From positions 344,284 to 408,283 of the forward strand of contig NIVC01000921.1 of assembly GCA_002269645.1 (NCBI GenBank): a stretch of 64,000 nucleotides of DNA, in the 5' to 3' direction. Below, piece after piece: positions 61,232-64,000 of this stretch. The DNA comes from Macrostomum lignano (lineage: Eukaryota). The notes beneath the pieces were generated by a model. The model ran no database searches and was not told where the DNA came from. It saw nothing but the letters and a program-made list of their open reading frames with translations. The stretch's first letter is position 1, and every line of letters begins with the position of its first letter. A program made the position numbers and the translations under genes.

Positions 61232-63844
61232 GATAAAGAAACGAATTTCATTTATTACCGCATCCATGCCGTGCCTTTCATTTAAATTGATGTGAAAATG
61301 CCTTTAAATATCCTCAGATGCCAGCTTTTACAGTTTGGAGCAATGCAAGCTGCATGAAATGCGAGAATGTTTTTGCAAGTCGCTTGATGTCAATTTTGTG
61401 GTGCAGTGAATAACTGTAGAGCTGTAAAAATTGTATTATTGGTAAGACTCTGAAATACTAATTTATGATCCACTTTTTGGATACTGCGTTGAATACACAT
61501 ATGTAATAATTTGTATTGAACACATGTACTCACATGCAGTACTGAATGTATGGAAGCAGAATATTTTTGTCTCTCAATTTTGTCAACTAAAAACCTGTAA
61601 TATATACGGCCTTACTGTAGTAGCTAAACTTTAAGCTAAACGAGATGCTTTCGGACATCGTCTTAACTCTTAATCAATCAATATACGAGCGTATATATGA
61701 TTTTGTTATGTCAGCAGTGATTTGCATGATTCTCTACAAGAAGTAGCTCGTATAAAGAGCAGTGCGCTGTTTGGTTAATACGCTCGTAGCTAAGCGTTGC
61801 TTAACCATTCACGGACTGTGTCGTTTATATGTCGTCACTGAAAGTTACAAGTCACGCTAAGAATATACGTAGTGTACTACGCGGTAATAATTGGAGAGAG
61901 AGAAGGCTCCGCATCTTAGCCCTTATGGCAAGTACATAAACTACAAGTGCACATGTACATTAGGATTAATTAAACTAAGAAAAAACATGTATTTACGGCT
62001 CTCATTACATTTACACTCCGATGCTACTTTAACTGTATGGCGCGCATTACGCGGCTAGAGCGACTTATAGCTGCATGAAAAAAAACACACTACTACAAGT
62101 ACATGAGTGTACTTGCAAAATCTTATCAACAGTGTATGGATCAGTATAACAGTAGTGGCGGTGAGAAACAGTGAAGTTAGTTTTTTGGTAGAGCAGTGAA
62201 TGAATGCGTCTTAATTATTCCGGATGGGAGCTAGTCGGGGCCCAAAACATGTAAAAAATTATCACTGATGGCCTGCGAACTGAGGGTGCAGCATCTAAGT
62301 GACACTTACACAGTGCAAAAATATCCGCTCCTGAGAGATAATTAGGGGTCTGCAGGCGGCCAGCTGGCTGTGGGACCCGCGGGCCAGTGCCTAACTTTTA
62401 GGGCTCTCTGGAGGATGCACCGATGAAGCAATAGGGTCCAAAACCGGCTTCCGCAACTCCGACGGCGCGAGGCTCGGAGGCTGTAGAAGCGTATAGGCCT
62501 CTCTGGCAGAAGTGATCGAAAAGACTAAAATTACTGAAAATAGTTTTTTAGTTATATTTCTTTTTTTAAACTGGTAGAAACAAAGTTCAGGCGGTGGTAC
62601 TTTAATTTTTTTGTAAAACCTATCAGTTTGAACATTTGTTTCTTTAAAGCAAGCTTTTGTGCAATTTTAATTTAAAGAAACTTTTGATATTTTGCTGATC
62701 GATCATCGATCATGCTCTATTTATGAATTTGCCGACAGCTTTACGTGGGTACGTCGTATCCAAGTTGCAGGGCTAGGGCAATCTGGCTTTGGCATGTCTG
62801 GTTTTTATGCTACAATAGGCCCCTAGACCTTGCCAAAGCCTAGTATTGTGTTAATGTGTTAATGTTTTAAAGCCAGATGTGTTAATAATTAAGCCAGGAC
62901 TAAGAAAGACTGAAAGAGAGGAATAATTTTTTATCATCTTCAAGTTATAGGCCTAGCTGTCCACAATCAAAACTGGTGTGTTACCGCTCAGTTAAATACA
63001 AGATACGCGGCAAAAAGTAGGGTAGGCCTTGCCCCAAGGCCAAATTCCAAAATAAAACTAGCTACATAAGGGGATTACGAGTAGGCCTACAGTGATAACA
63101 GTCCATTGACTAGGTCTATAGCTAATAGGTCTAGGCTAGGCCTACTATATGCTAGGCCCTATGTCAATGACAGTGGCACACAAAGATAGGCCCCTAGTTC
63201 GTCAAGCCATAAGCCATACTCCATAGTCTCCACAGACCATACCTTAGCGATAGACCTAAGAATAGAGCCATAGAGTCAAGGACATAGGCCTAGCATAGTC
63301 TCTAGGCTTAGCACTAATTGCCAAATATAAGGCCTAAGCAGAGAAGCCTCTGGATTTTTTTGCTAGTGCTAAAATGCAAAATTGCATTCAGGGTCTAATT
63401 TCAAGATATGATTTGGAAACTGGAAAGTTAGGATATTATATAGCATCTCTAGGCTAGGCCTAGTAGTGGTAGTAGACCCTACTAGAATATAGCTGGGGTT
63501 TTTTTGCTGGCACTAAGATAGGATACAAAATTGTATCCAAGGTCTAATTTAAAAATGCAATTTTAAAATATTAGACCCTAGCTATCACAATCTATATATT
63601 ATGTTTTCTATTAAATATAAATATATAAAGGCAACTGCCAACTAAGAAAAAACTTATATTATAGCTCTCTATATATTATTATTATTTGTAGTAATTTTTA
63701 AATAAAATTATATTTAGAAGTAGAAAGTATTTCTTAATTGCTTAAATTTAACTATCTCATCTATATCTAAGAATAAGATATTAATAGGCCTAGCCTATCC
63801 TTTAATAACTTTGATATCAGAGCTTCTAGGCCTACATGCTTAAG

Positions 63845-64000
63845 CGCAACCTAGGGATTCACCTGTCTATTTCTATTGGCAACACATACATGTAAGTTGC
63901 TATTGGACAGAATAGTAATCATGTGACTGCTCTCAGCCTATAATGACTTACATATATATATATTGCCAATAGAAATGGCAAAGTGATTCCTAAAGTTGCA
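63845..64000. mobile_element. Small inverted-repeat element (MITE-like) at the window end
   Basis: GCAACCTAGGGATTCAC..TTTCTATTGGCA is mirrored by TGCCAATAGAAAT..GTGATTCCTAAAGTTGC; a related single arm lies at ~10715-10750. Confidence 0.45.

Noticed and set aside
62340-62460. GC-rich patch considered as an HDV-like ribozyme
   Set aside because: Could not build the nested double pseudoknot or locate the catalytic C by eye; more likely a promoter or TE fragment.

Overview
Eukaryotic (metazoan invertebrate) genomic DNA with GC-rich, Gln/Ala-rich exons, GT-AG introns and very dense intronic tandem repeats. The style recalls the flatworm Macrostomum, but that is inference only. Contents: (1) 0.3-10 kb, a minus-strand head-to-tail Helitron array with one full-length, intron-containing but disrupted RepHel element ending in hairpin+CTCG. 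(2) A BLM/RecQ helicase gene (3 exons). (3) An AT-rich 17-24.5 kb zone of nested non-autonomous DNA transposons. (4) A MiT/TFE (MITF-like) bHLH-ZIP gene with a different satellite in each intron. (5) An unknown Q/P-rich gene and a Tyr-rich exon. (6) A ~1007-aa dynamin-like GTPase with an apparently dead kinase-like C-terminus (DSTYK-like layout). (7) A PAN/Apple + LamG-like ORF. (8) A TTLL10-like gene with three 1-nt frameshifts. Two tRNA-derived SINE families and many MITEs and minisatellites are scattered throughout. The most unusual observation is a ~300-bp P-like MITE family (2 copies) carrying a degenerate piece of 28S rRNA centred on the R2/Pokey/I-PpoI target site. All calls were made by eye; no database searches were run.
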